Positions 54,785 to 63,795 of a stretch of DNA of 64,000 nucleotides are shown in pieces (position 1 is the first letter of the stretch; each line of letters begins with the position of its first letter). The DNA is from a plasmid: sequence record CP063550.1. One strand, written 5' to 3'. A model generated the notes under the pieces. That model was not told the DNA's origin. It was given only the letters and a program-made list of their open reading frames with translations, and made no database searches. The position numbers and the translations under genes were made by a program.

Positions 54785-55281
54785 CTTTAACTGTTAGCTC
54801 CTGCCGAAGATCGTCACATCCGAGGAGGCTCATTGTCAAGGACAATCGGAATAGCATACGGAAAGAAGTTCTGCACCTTATAAAATTTGTCAAAAAAACT
54901 GTTGCCATTCCATACATCTTTCAGCATTTTACTATATTTGGTATATAGTGCTAAGGTTCATATTCGATTGACAAGAGAATATAAATTGATCTATTTCTAT
55001 TTCCTAAGTTGAGTAAACATAACTTTGCCCTTTATAAATATCTTCCCTCTCTCTCTTCTCTCTATATTTTATATTTGAATAATCATATCAAGGTATTCCA
55101 ACGAAATGCCAATGGATTTCGAAGCTTTTATAACTTTAAATTACGGATCATGATTTGGCATGGGGAATCATTACTAATAAAATAAAAAAATGAACAGAAA
55201 GAAAACAGTTCTTTCTGTTCACCAACTTCATTTGACAAATATCCTATTTAGCTTATTTTATAGCTTTTTATATACACTTTT

Positions 55282-55758
55282 TTAAAAAGTGATTTTTCCA
55301 CATGAATTCCCATGAGCAATTCGACCATTATCTATTATTAAATCATTGAACTGATTTTTCTCCGGAAAAACAACTATAACAGAAGTATCTTTACCAGATT
55401 TTATTATTTTGTCAAAATCCACATCAACCAACGAGGTTTCAGGAGTAACCTCATCATTTTCTTGAACACAAATCGAAAAAGGCTCTCCTTGTAATTCAAC
55501 TGTATCAATTCCAATATGAATCAAATAATCAATGCCTGAGTTGCTTTTTATATTAATAGCATGTTTAGTAGGAAATATATTTGTTACTCGACCAGCCAAT
55601 GGAGCATAAATTTTTGAACCATCAGGTATGACGGCAAAACCATCACCTAGTAATTTTTGTGAAAAGACAGGATCATTTACTTCTGTGATGGAAATGATTT
55701 TTCCGGAACAAGGTGCATAAAAAGTTTCTTGTTTTTTCTTTTTGAAAATTTCAAACAT
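55282..55758 (-). CDS. PTS glucose-family EIIA component
   Basis: EIIA-Glc fold with His residues (KHAINIKSNSGIDYLIHIGIDTV). Confidence 0.85.
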   Translation of the reverse strand: MFEIFKKKKQETFYAPCSGKIISITEVNDPVFSQKLLGDGFAVIPDGSKIYAPLAGRVTNIFPTKHAINIKSNSGIDYLIHIGIDTVELQGEPFSICVQENDEVTPETSLVDVDFDKIIKSGKDTSVIVVFPEKNQFNDLIIDNGRIAHGNSCGKITF

Positions 55759-55770
55759 ATTAAAAACCTC

Positions 55771-57273
55771 CTAATTATCTTTTCCTAATATTTGATTGAT
55801 TTCTTGACTTAATAAGTCAGCTTTCCCTCCAAAAACAGCTTGGATGCCACCCTTCACTTCGAAGACAGCAGTTGCACCAGTGTCTTTTATTGTTTGTTTT
55901 TGAATAATCTCCCCATTCGTAACAGCAACACGCAAACGAGTTGCACAAGCTTCAACAGACTCAATATTTTCTTTTCCACCAAGAGCTTCAATAATGATAA
56001 GAGACTCTTCATGTAATGATGTATTTTTGTTTATTACTTTTTCAGAATGAACTTCTGATTCTTCTTCCATTCCAGGAATAGCTACCTTAAATTTTTTGAT
56101 AAAGAATGTAAAAACAAAGAAATATATAAATGCCCATGCAATACCAAAAGGAATTAATTTTAACCAATTAGTTTTGTCATTCCCTTGAAGTACACCGAAT
56201 AATAAAAAGTCGATCAAACCACCTGAAAAGGAATTCCCTACACGAATATTTAAGATATCAGCAAAATAAAAAGATAATCCATCTAAGAATGCATGAATCA
56301 CATAAAGCCAAGGAGCAACAAATAAAAACATATATTCAACTGGTTCAGTAATTCCAGTTAAAAATGATGTAAGGGCCCCGCTAAAATAAAGCCCACCATT
56401 CTTTTTACGATTTTTCTTAGGAATTGCACGATACATTGCATAACATGCTGCTGGTAATCCAAACATCATTGTTGCAAATCTTCCTGCAAAAAATCTAGTA
56501 CCATAAGTAAACAGACCAGTGTGGTTTGGATCAGCTAGTTGGGCAAAGAAAATATTTTGGGCTCCAGCAATTGTTGATCCAGCTACAGTTTCGGTACCAC
56601 CTAAAGATGTATACCAGAACAAAGGGTAAATGGTGTGGTGTAGTCCAACAGCACCTGTTAAACGCAATAAAAAACCATATAAAAAAGTTCCTAAACTACC
56701 CATTTGGGCAATTTGTTCACCAGCAACTACTAAACCATTTTGAATTGGTGGCCAAATTAAATAAAAGAAAGAACCAATAATGATTGCAGCTAAACTAGAA
56801 ACAATCGGAATAAATCTTGATCCTCCAAAAAAACCTAAGAATTGTGGTAATTCAATTTTTCTATAACGATTGTGTAAAAATGCAACAGTACCACCAACAA
56901 CAATTGATCCCACTACACCTGTATCTAGTGTTGCATCTTTTGCTGAAAAAAGTTCAAGAAACCCACTAATAGTTGCAGTATATACTAGATAAGCTACTCC
57001 ACCAGCTAAACCAGCTGTTCCTTTATCTCCATTTGCAAGTCCTACAGCAATACCAATTGCAAAAATTAGTGCTAGGTTTGCAAAAACTGCATTTCCAGCA
57101 TAACTCATAATACTTAAAATTGTATGCAACCACGGTTGATCTAAAAATGGATAAGCATTTATAGCACTCTCATTTGTTAACGCTCCTCCCAGTCCCAATA
57201 GTAATCCGGCTACTGGTAATATAGCAATTGGTAACATGAAAGCGCGTCCTAATTGTGAAAATTTTTTAAACAT
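55771..57273 (-). CDS. PTS glucose/GlcNAc-family EIICB component, probably ManNAc/aminosugar-specific given the nanE linkage
   Basis: 500 aa; EIIC membrane domain plus C-terminal EIIB (ATRLRV). Confidence 0.8.
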   Translation of the reverse strand: MFKKFSQLGRAFMLPIAILPVAGLLLGLGGALTNESAINAYPFLDQPWLHTILSIMSYAGNAVFANLALIFAIGIAVGLANGDKGTAGLAGGVAYLVYTATISGFLELFSAKDATLDTGVVGSIVVGGTVAFLHNRYRKIELPQFLGFFGGSRFIPIVSSLAAIIIGSFFYLIWPPIQNGLVVAGEQIAQMGSLGTFLYGFLLRLTGAVGLHHTIYPLFWYTSLGGTETVAGSTIAGAQNIFFAQLADPNHTGLFTYGTRFFAGRFATMMFGLPAACYAMYRAIPKKNRKKNGGLYFSGALTSFLTGITEPVEYMFLFVAPWLYVIHAFLDGLSFYFADILNIRVGNSFSGGLIDFLLFGVLQGNDKTNWLKLIPFGIAWAFIYFFVFTFFIKKFKVAIPGMEEESEVHSEKVINKNTSLHEESLIIIEALGGKENIESVEACATRLRVAVTNGEIIQKQTIKDTGATAVFEVKGGIQAVFGGKADLLSQEINQILGKDN

Positions 57274-57286
57274 TTTATTTCTCCCC

Positions 57287-57976
57287 CTAACTTAATGCTT
57301 TAACAAATCTTGATGCAATTTCCTGTGGTCGAGTAATAGCACCACCCACAACAATACCTGCAACTCCTATTTTTTTTATCTCTTTTGCTTGTTCTGGAGT
57401 ATGAATCCTTCCCTCAGCAATTACACAAATCCCTTCTTCTACCAATTTTTTAATCAAATCTATATCTGGCCCATCTTGTTTTTTACTTTCCTCAGTATAT
57501 CCACTTAAAGTAGTTCCTACAAAATCTATTCCTGCTTTATATGCATTTTTGCCTTCTTCAAATGTAGAAATATCTGCCATAAATAACTGATGAGGATATT
57601 TTTCTTTTATTTTAGTAATAAAAGAATTTATAGATAGTCCATCATGTCGATTTCTAAGAGTGCAATCAAGAGCGATTACCTCAACACCGGTTTCTACTAA
57701 TTCATCTACTTCTCTCATAGTGGCAGTAATGAATGGAGATTCTGGTGGATAATCTCTTTTAATAATTCCAATCATTGGTAATGATACACACTTTCTAATT
57801 TCAATAATATCTCGAACAGAATTTGCACGTATACCAACTGCTCCAGCCCTTTGAGCAGCCAAAGCAAAATAAGGCATTAAACTTTCTTCCTCTTTGTAAA
57901 ATGGTTCACCAGGTAATGCTTGACAGGAAACAATCAAACCTTTTGAAATAAGATCTAAAAACCTCTTTTTATCCAT
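57287..57976 (-). CDS. nanE: N-acetylmannosamine-6-phosphate 2-epimerase
   Basis: NanE family; start set at MDKKRF with GGAGTG upstream. Confidence 0.8.
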   Translation of the reverse strand: MDKKRFLDLISKGLIVSCQALPGEPFYKEEESLMPYFALAAQRAGAVGIRANSVRDIIEIRKCVSLPMIGIIKRDYPPESPFITATMREVDELVETGVEVIALDCTLRNRHDGLSINSFITKIKEKYPHQLFMADISTFEEGKNAYKAGIDFVGTTLSGYTEESKKQDGPDIDLIKKLVEEGICVIAEGRIHTPEQAKEIKKIGVAGIVVGGAITRPQEIASRFVKALS

Positions 57977-58136
57977 TATCCTAAACACTCCAATTTTTTA
58001 TTATTTTTGGATAACAACTCCAAAAACAATATAGCATCCGCTTTCATAAAAGTAAAGATAAAAATGGAGTATTTAGGAGTTTTTTTTATTATTTTGGAGT
58101 ATAATGGAGAAAAGTTGAAATTGTAGAGGAGTTTGT

Positions 58137-58955
58137 ATGAGTTATATCTATTTAATTAAAGAAAATTATCCATTTTTAACGAAGTCTGAAAAAAAAGTCG
58201 CTGATTTTATTTTAAATTCTGGGAAAACTATTATTTATAGTACGATGAGTGATATTAAGAAAAACACAAAAGTTGGCGATGCTACTATTATTCGCTTTTG
58301 TCAAAAAATTGGTTTTTCTGGTTTTTCTGATTTAAAAATTGAAATTGCAAAGGAAGACTTTAGTCAAAAAAAAGAACATCCGACTAGTGTAAAGTACTAT
58401 GATGAAATTGCTAATAGTTTAACAGAAGCTCTCTATTCCACTATTAGGCTTTTAGACGAAGAAAAATTGAATGAAGCCATTAAAATGATCACTCAATCAA
58501 AAAACATATATATATTTGGAGTGGGATCTAGTGGAAATACTAGTCTTGATTTAGAAAATATGTTTCTTCGCGTAGGAGTTCAAGCAAAAGCTGTACTAGA
58601 CCCTCATTTTCAAGCCCAAGTCGCTTCTTTATTAACAGTTAATGATTTAGTAATCATTTTTTCTTTATCTGGGAAAACGAAAGATACTTATGATTCATTG
58701 AAAATAGCTAAAAAAAATGGCGCAAAAATTATTGCTATAACTAACTATATTCATTCACCTATAGGAAAGTCTGCAGACTTAGTTTTACAAACAGCCATTG
58801 AAGAATTTCTTAATGGTGGATCTTTAGCTGGAAAAATATCACAACTTTATATTTGTGATCTATTAGTTCATGGTTATGAACAAAACAATAATATTGATTC
58901 AGTTGAATTAAGAGAAAAAGTTTTGCGCTCTATTATTGATAAAAGTATTGAGTGA
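58137..58955 (+). CDS. RpiR/MurR-family transcriptional regulator (HTH plus SIS domain)
   Basis: 272 aa; HTH_6 N-terminus and SIS motif (GVGSSGN). Confidence 0.85.
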   Translation: MSYIYLIKENYPFLTKSEKKVADFILNSGKTIIYSTMSDIKKNTKVGDATIIRFCQKIGFSGFSDLKIEIAKEDFSQKKEHPTSVKYYDEIANSLTEALYSTIRLLDEEKLNEAIKMITQSKNIYIFGVGSSGNTSLDLENMFLRVGVQAKAVLDPHFQAQVASLLTVNDLVIIFSLSGKTKDTYDSLKIAKKNGAKIIAITNYIHSPIGKSADLVLQTAIEEFLNGGSLAGKISQLYICDLLVHGYEQNNNIDSVELREKVLRSIIDKSIE

Positions 58956-59184
58956 ACTACCCCCACTTAGCTAAACCTAACGGTTTTTAACGATTGAAGT
59001 AGGCAATTCTTGGGATGAGAGCATACTTGATAGCTTATTTTTTACTAATAGCGGTGGCTCTTATTGACCAAATATCCCTGTAGTTCCTACGGTTCTTGAT
59101 TTTATCTAAAGATATTTTTATCGTGGAAGCTATTGATCAACTTGAAAGAAAAACGTGTAGCTCATTATCACTAGTTTATCGAGT

Positions 59185-59415
59185 ATGGATGAAGCAATGG
59201 ATCATCCTCTCTTAAATAAATTTATTAAGGATCTGATCCTTCAAATTTTTTCCATGATCGATGAGCAGGAACCTACTGAATCTAAACGACATCGGGCACA
59301 AGGAATTATTAAGATTGCTAAGCGAATGTTTTCTATAAAGGGTGTTCTAAGCTATACAGTGTTAATTCAAAAGATTCCCAATCATCTTGTTTATAAGAAC
59401 AACGTTGAAGATTAA
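59185..59415 (+). pseudogene. Degenerate resolvase C-terminal remnant
   Basis: LLNKFIKDLIL and RHRAQGIIKIAK resemble the 22433-23047 resolvase ([22 protein letters not shown]). Confidence 0.35.
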
Positions 59416-59675
59416 AAAAGTGTTTCAATGCTAAAATTGCAAAATACTTCAATGTTATGAGACAAACTGTCTATAAGAATCAATTTCCACCCATTTCATC
59501 ACTTGTTAAAAGTTTATGATCCTTTTGATTTTTATATTAATTTATCTGTATTTAATACAGATTTTATTTATTAGTTCATCTGCCTATTGTATTTTATTTT
59601 GTTGCCTTACCATCTGAAGTAAATATACTCTTAATTGTCAAATTAAGTTAGACAGATCATCAATACTTACGTAAC

Positions 59676-59840
59676 TCAAAAATACTTCCAAAGGTGTTCG
59701 ATAATCCAGTGATTTTCTAGGAAGATTATTTCTGCGCCAGCATTTTCTAATGTTTGAATTTGTGTTTTGTAATCTTGGTTGCTTGTGCTAATTCTTGAAT
59801 AGCCGTAAATTGCCAAAATTTCATCACCCTTTCTGGACAT
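59676..59840 (-). pseudogene. Serine recombinase N-terminal remnant (about 45 codons)
   Basis: LAIYGYSRISTSNQD...LENAGAEIIF, then divergence and a stop. Confidence 0.4.
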
Positions 59841-59869
59841 AAGTTTCTGACACCAGTTAAAATCAAGTC

Positions 59870-60625
59870 TATCAGTAACCCATACACCCGTGAGGACGGG
59901 TGTATTTTTAATCCCCCTAGAAGGGGTCGACACTCGCTGCCCCTTAAAAGGGGATTTTTAAAAGACCGCCAACTGCTCATCTTCACTCACTTACTTCTCT
60001 TTATTTTTTAAATGGTTCTACGTACTCTCTTTTACTTATAATATATCGAATGCGATCATCAGCTTCTTGTTCACGGATGTATTTTTCATTTGTCTTTTGA
60101 TTCAATCCGACTGTACTCACATAGTATCTCTTCGACCAAAAGGATTTGTTTCCGTATTTATATTTGAGATTTGCGTGCTGCTCGTGGATTAGTACCGCAC
60201 TACGACCTTTCAGATACCCCATAAAACTGGATATACATATTTTTGGTGGTACTCGAACAAGCATGTGAATATGATCTAGCATTGCATGTGCTTCTATGAT
60301 TTCCACATCTTTCATTTCGCACAACTTCCTAAGTATTTTTCCAAGATCTTTTCGTAATTGCCCATAGATTACTTTTCGTTGATATTTTGGTGTAAAAATA
60401 ATATGATACTTACAATTCCAACGAGTATATGCTAAACTTTTATCGTCATTTGACATGAAAAAACTCCTTTCGATCTGATGAGCGGTTGGTAGCCACTCAC
60501 TAGTATATCGAAAGGAGTTTTTATCGCTAAAGATACTTCTTCCACGCGTAGAAACGCGCGGTTTTCTTGTTTCGCACGCTTTACGCACAAAACTGACTGA
60601 AGTCATTAAGAAAATAAAAGGGTCT
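59870..60625 (-). mobile_element. IS200/IS605-family element (tnpA only) with subterminal hairpins
   Basis: Hairpins ACCCGTGAGGACGGGTGT, CCCCTAGAAGGGG and CCCCTTAAAAGGGG at one end and CCACGCGTAGAAACGCGCGG at the other; boundaries approximate. Confidence 0.6.
60001..60456 (-). CDS. tnpA: IS200/IS605-family Y1 (HuH) transposase TnpA
   Basis: HuH motif HIHMLV and catalytic Tyr (RYYVSTVG); AAAGGAG RBS. Confidence 0.85.
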   Translation of the reverse strand: MSNDDKSLAYTRWNCKYHIIFTPKYQRKVIYGQLRKDLGKILRKLCEMKDVEIIEAHAMLDHIHMLVRVPPKICISSFMGYLKGRSAVLIHEQHANLKYKYGNKSFWSKRYYVSTVGLNQKTNEKYIREQEADDRIRYIISKREYVEPFKK

Positions 60626-60698
60626 AAAACTTTTAAGTTTTGTACCGACCCCCAAAAGTTAGACCAAAAAATCTAACTTTTGGAGGTCGGTATTTTTT

Positions 60699-61280
60699 AT
60701 GGCTAAGTATACTTTTGAACTTAAATTAAAGATCGTTCATGATTACTTGGATGGTAAAGGCGGAAGTGATTATCTGGCAAAGAAATATTCCATTAAGGCT
60801 CCATCACAAGTGAAGCGCTGGATCAATGCCTATCAAGAATTTGGTGAAGAGGGTCTAGTAAGAAAGCGACAAAAGAAAAAATATTCTGTTCAATTTAAGC
60901 TGGATGCGATAGAGTTATATCTAACAAGTGAGCTGTCCTATCGTGAAGTTGCCAACACACTTAACATGAACAACCCTAATTTGATCGCTAGTTGGATGCG
61001 TCAATTCCGTGAGGGTGGGATCGATGGACTCTCAAAAACGAAAGGATGTCCACCTATCTTGTCTAAGAAAAATGAACCCAAAAATAAGAAAAAATCTACA
61101 ACTAAAGCAACGTCTAAAGAACGTGAACGCATCGAGGAGTTGGAGAAACGAGTCCGTTCCCTTCAAATTGAAAATGCCTTTTTAAAAGAATTGAGGAAGC
61201 TGCGAAAACAGGAAGCCCAACAACGACGAATGAAGCAATCGCACGAATCATCGCAAGCCTCCGAGGACCGTTTAAATTAG
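60699..61280 (+). CDS. IS3-family transposase OrfA
   Basis: HTH plus leucine zipper; the slippery heptamer TTTAAAA at 61181-61187 leads into OrfB. Confidence 0.8.
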   Translation: MAKYTFELKLKIVHDYLDGKGGSDYLAKKYSIKAPSQVKRWINAYQEFGEEGLVRKRQKKKYSVQFKLDAIELYLTSELSYREVANTLNMNNPNLIASWMRQFREGGIDGLSKTKGCPPILSKKNEPKNKKKSTTKATSKERERIEELEKRVRSLQIENAFLKELRKLRKQEAQQRRMKQSHESSQASEDRLN

Positions 61281-62125
61281 TTGAGCTTCTAGAAACTTTA
61301 AAGTTCCCTAAGGCAATCTTTATGTACTGGCAAAAACGATTGGACCGTAAAAATCCAGATCAAGAGATTGAAGCGGAAATGCTTAAAGTTCGGGAGAAGC
61401 ACAAGGATTATGGCTGTTTACGGATGACCAATGAACTAAGAAACCGCGGTTTCTCTATCAATAAAAAGAAAGTTCAGCGCCTGATCAAGAAGCTAGGAAT
61501 AAAAGTAACGACATACACACGTAAATCACGGCGCTACAATTCTTATCGAGGACAAGTCGGAGCAGTAGCCAAAAATCGGATCCATCGTCGTTTCTACACC
61601 AGTATCTGCCATCAGAAAATCACGACGGATACAACTGAATTTAAATACCATGAAGTGGATGCCAAAGGCATTATCCGTCAAAAGAAATTGTATCTAGATC
61701 CTTTTATGGATATGTTCAATAGTGAGATTTTATCCTATCGTATCTCTGAAAAGCCCAATGCATTAGCGGTAATGGAAGGTTTGGAGGAAGCTATCCAGAC
61801 CACTAACGATTGTCCCTATCGTCGTACGTTTCACTCAGATCAAGGTTGGGCGTATCAAATGAAAGCTTATAGAAACAAATTGAAGGAGTACAAAATCTTT
61901 CAAAGCATGTCTCGGAAAGGGAACTGCTTAGATAATTCACTTATGGAGAATTTTTTTGGCTTATTAAAACAAGAGATTTTTCACGGGAAAGTTTATAACT
62001 GTTTCGAGGAATTAAAATCAGCCATCGATAGCTATATCTATTACTACAATAATGAACGGATAAAACAGAAATTAAACTGGCAAAGTCCCGTCCAATTTCG
62101 TAAAACAACCGTAACAGTTGTGTAA
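61181..62125 (+). CDS. IS3-family transposase OrfB (DDE), produced by a -1 frameshift from OrfA
   Basis: The -1 frame is open from 61172; DDE region (TDTTEF, HSDQGW, MENFFG). Confidence 0.8.
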   Translation, partial: FKRIEEAAKTGSPTTTNEAIARIIASLRGPFKLVELLETLKFPKAIFMYWQKRLDRKNPDQEIEAEMLKVREKHKDYGCLRMTNELRNRGFSINKKKVQRLIKKLGIKVTTYTRKSRRYNSYRGQVGAVAKNRIHRRFYTSICHQKITTDTTEFKYHEVDAKGIIRQKKLYLDPFMDMFNSEILSYRISEKPNALAVMEGLEEAIQTTNDCPYRRTFHSDQGWAYQMKAYRNKLKEYKIFQSMSRKGNCLDNSLMENFFGLLKQEIFHGKVYNCFEELKSAIDSYIYYYNNERIKQKLNWQSPVQFRKTTVTVV

Positions 62126-62163
62126 AAATATCATTTTAGAGCATGAAAAAAGGAGTGGATTTC

Positions 62164-63656
62164 GGCTCTATAATTTCTAGGACTGATAGAAAATCATTCT
62201 ATCGGTCCCTTTTGAGCATGAAAAAACAAAACATACAGAAGCTCCGTTAGAATTGAATCACCACAACACAATCAAAGGAGCGTTCTGTATGCCTGATCTT
62301 CATCATATCAAACTACTACTTGGAATCAAAGATAAAAACATTTTCATCACAAATGTGGAATCGAAGAGCATTAAGAATATCAAGAGTCTTGTTGTTTCTG
62401 CGACGTTAAGTAAAGAAATTCGTCGCTGTCCTTTGTGTAAACAGATGAATCATGAAGGCATGATCGTTAAGAACGGAAAGAAAAAATCGCTCATTCAACT
62501 TAATAAATGTGCGAACCAACTGACTTATCTTGCTTTAGCGAAACAACGCTACCACTGTCGTGGCTGCCACACCTATTTTACGGCGAATACCTACATTGTC
62601 GATAGAAACTGCTTTATCGCTAAACAAGTGCGCTATAAAATTTTAGAAGAGCTAACTGAAAAACAAGCAATGACGACAATTGCTAAGCATTGCGGCGTTT
62701 CTTGGTCGACCGTTTCTCGGACACTCGCTTCTCTGATCCCCATGACAAAAGTAAAAAGAAATTGGTTACCGCGTTGTTTATTAATGGATGAATTTCGTTC
62801 ACTGAAAAATCAAGTCGGTCCCTACTCCTTTTCTTGTATGGATGGCGATACTGGAAAATTACTGGATATTCTTCCTTCACGGAAGAAAAAGGCTCTCGTT
62901 TCTTATTTTATGCAATTTGAACGACGCGCACGATTGAAGGTAAAGGTCATCGTGACGGACATGAATGTTTCTTATGCCTCTCTGATAAAGGAATGTTTTC
63001 CAAAGGCAAAACTCGTTGTGGATCGTTTTCACATTGTCAAACATCTCATTCGTAAATTTGAGGATATTCGCGTACGAATCATGAAAAGCTTTGATCGAAA
63101 CGATCCAACACAAGCCAAATATTATCGACAATTAAAGGCGTTGTCTCGGCTTCTGATCAAACGACAGGACAAGCTTGTTTATGACAAATGGACCAAATGG
63201 CGCAATTTTGGTTGGGCGTATCTCACCGAAAGTGAAGTGGTGGATCGTCTGCTTTCGATCTCTGACGAATTACGAATCGCCTATTTTTACTATCAAGAAA
63301 TTCTTCAAGCGTTTCACGACAAAGAGGCGGACACTTTCTTTAAACTTGTAAGAACGATGCCCAATTCCGTTCCAAAAGAACTGCATTCTATAAAAAAAGC
63401 TTTTATAAACTATGAATCCGGCATTCGTTTAGCCCTCGAATTGCCTTATTCAAATGCCAAAATAGAAAATCTGCATACCCACATCAAAGCATTGAAACGA
63501 GTCGCTTATGGCTTTCGAAGCTTTCGGAAAATGAAGACCAGAATTTTCTTACTAAATAATCTGATTACCTATGAATCAAAAAACATCTAAAGTAGAAAAG
63601 GAATTCTACCTTAGATGTTCTTATCTCACTCTATCAGTCCTATTTGACAAAGAGCC
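62164..63656 (+). mobile_element. ISL3-family insertion sequence (IS1251-like) nested in the IS3 right end; 8-bp target duplication TGGATTTC
   Basis: IRL GGCTCTATAATTTCTAGGACTGATAGA and IRR reverse-complement GGCTCTTTGTCAAATAGGACTGATAGA; TSD at 62156-62163 and 63657-63664. Confidence 0.85.
62289..63590 (+). CDS. tnp: ISL3-family transposase
   Basis: ATG with AAGGAG upstream; zinc-finger N-terminus (CPLC...CRGC) and a DDE domain. Confidence 0.85.
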   Translation: MPDLHHIKLLLGIKDKNIFITNVESKSIKNIKSLVVSATLSKEIRRCPLCKQMNHEGMIVKNGKKKSLIQLNKCANQLTYLALAKQRYHCRGCHTYFTANTYIVDRNCFIAKQVRYKILEELTEKQAMTTIAKHCGVSWSTVSRTLASLIPMTKVKRNWLPRCLLMDEFRSLKNQVGPYSFSCMDGDTGKLLDILPSRKKKALVSYFMQFERRARLKVKVIVTDMNVSYASLIKECFPKAKLVVDRFHIVKHLIRKFEDIRVRIMKSFDRNDPTQAKYYRQLKALSRLLIKRQDKLVYDKWTKWRNFGWAYLTESEVVDRLLSISDELRIAYFYYQEILQAFHDKEADTFFKLVRTMPNSVPKELHSIKKAFINYESGIRLALELPYSNAKIENLHTHIKALKRVAYGFRSFRKMKTRIFLLNNLITYESKNI

Positions 63657-63702
63657 TGGATTTCTCCACTCCAAAAAAGTCTAACTTTTGGGGGTCACTA
63701 CA

Positions 63703-63776
63703 AGTTGACAACTCCTTTTTGTTTACAAATCAATTGGATATCTACAAATTGTATTTTCTAACGAATTTTATAGACA
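63703..63776. repeat. 74-bp repeat S (copy B), inverted relative to 11036-11109, lying directly between the IS3 IRR and the 3' end of a LacI-family gene
   Basis: Reverse-complement identity with copy A apart from one mismatch. Confidence 0.85.
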
Positions 63777-63795
63777 TTAAAAAATTAATTTAACG

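Larger units (their letters stand above)
53526..54850 (+). mobile_element. IS3-family insertion sequence (orfA plus orfB with a programmed -1 frameshift); left end TGAACTACCCCCACTTAGCT; right boundary approximate
   Basis: OrfA 53622-53912 and OrfB are linked by the slippery heptamer TTTAAAG at 53870-53876. The IRR was not located; a stem-loop at 54755-54830 may overlap the right end. Confidence 0.6.
60641..63702 (+). mobile_element. IS3-family element, complete copy (IRL TGTACCGACCCCCAAAAGTTAGAC; IRR reverse-complement TGTAGTGACCCCCAAAAGTTAGAC) carrying a nested ISL3 insertion
   Basis: The IRs were read directly. About 1561 bp without the nested element. Same family as the truncated copy at 11245-11680. 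Confidence 0.8.

Noticed and set aside
54755-54830. Stem-loop GGATGTG...CACATCC after IS3 orfB as an independent terminator
   Set aside because: It is probably part of the IS3 right end or a translational feature of the element. The true IRR could not be located, so it is not called separately.
59747-59986. 79-codon ORF spanning the IS200/IS605 end
   Set aside because: It translates across the GC-rich subterminal hairpins (ACCCGTGAGGACGGGTGT and others), so it is hairpin DNA and not coding.
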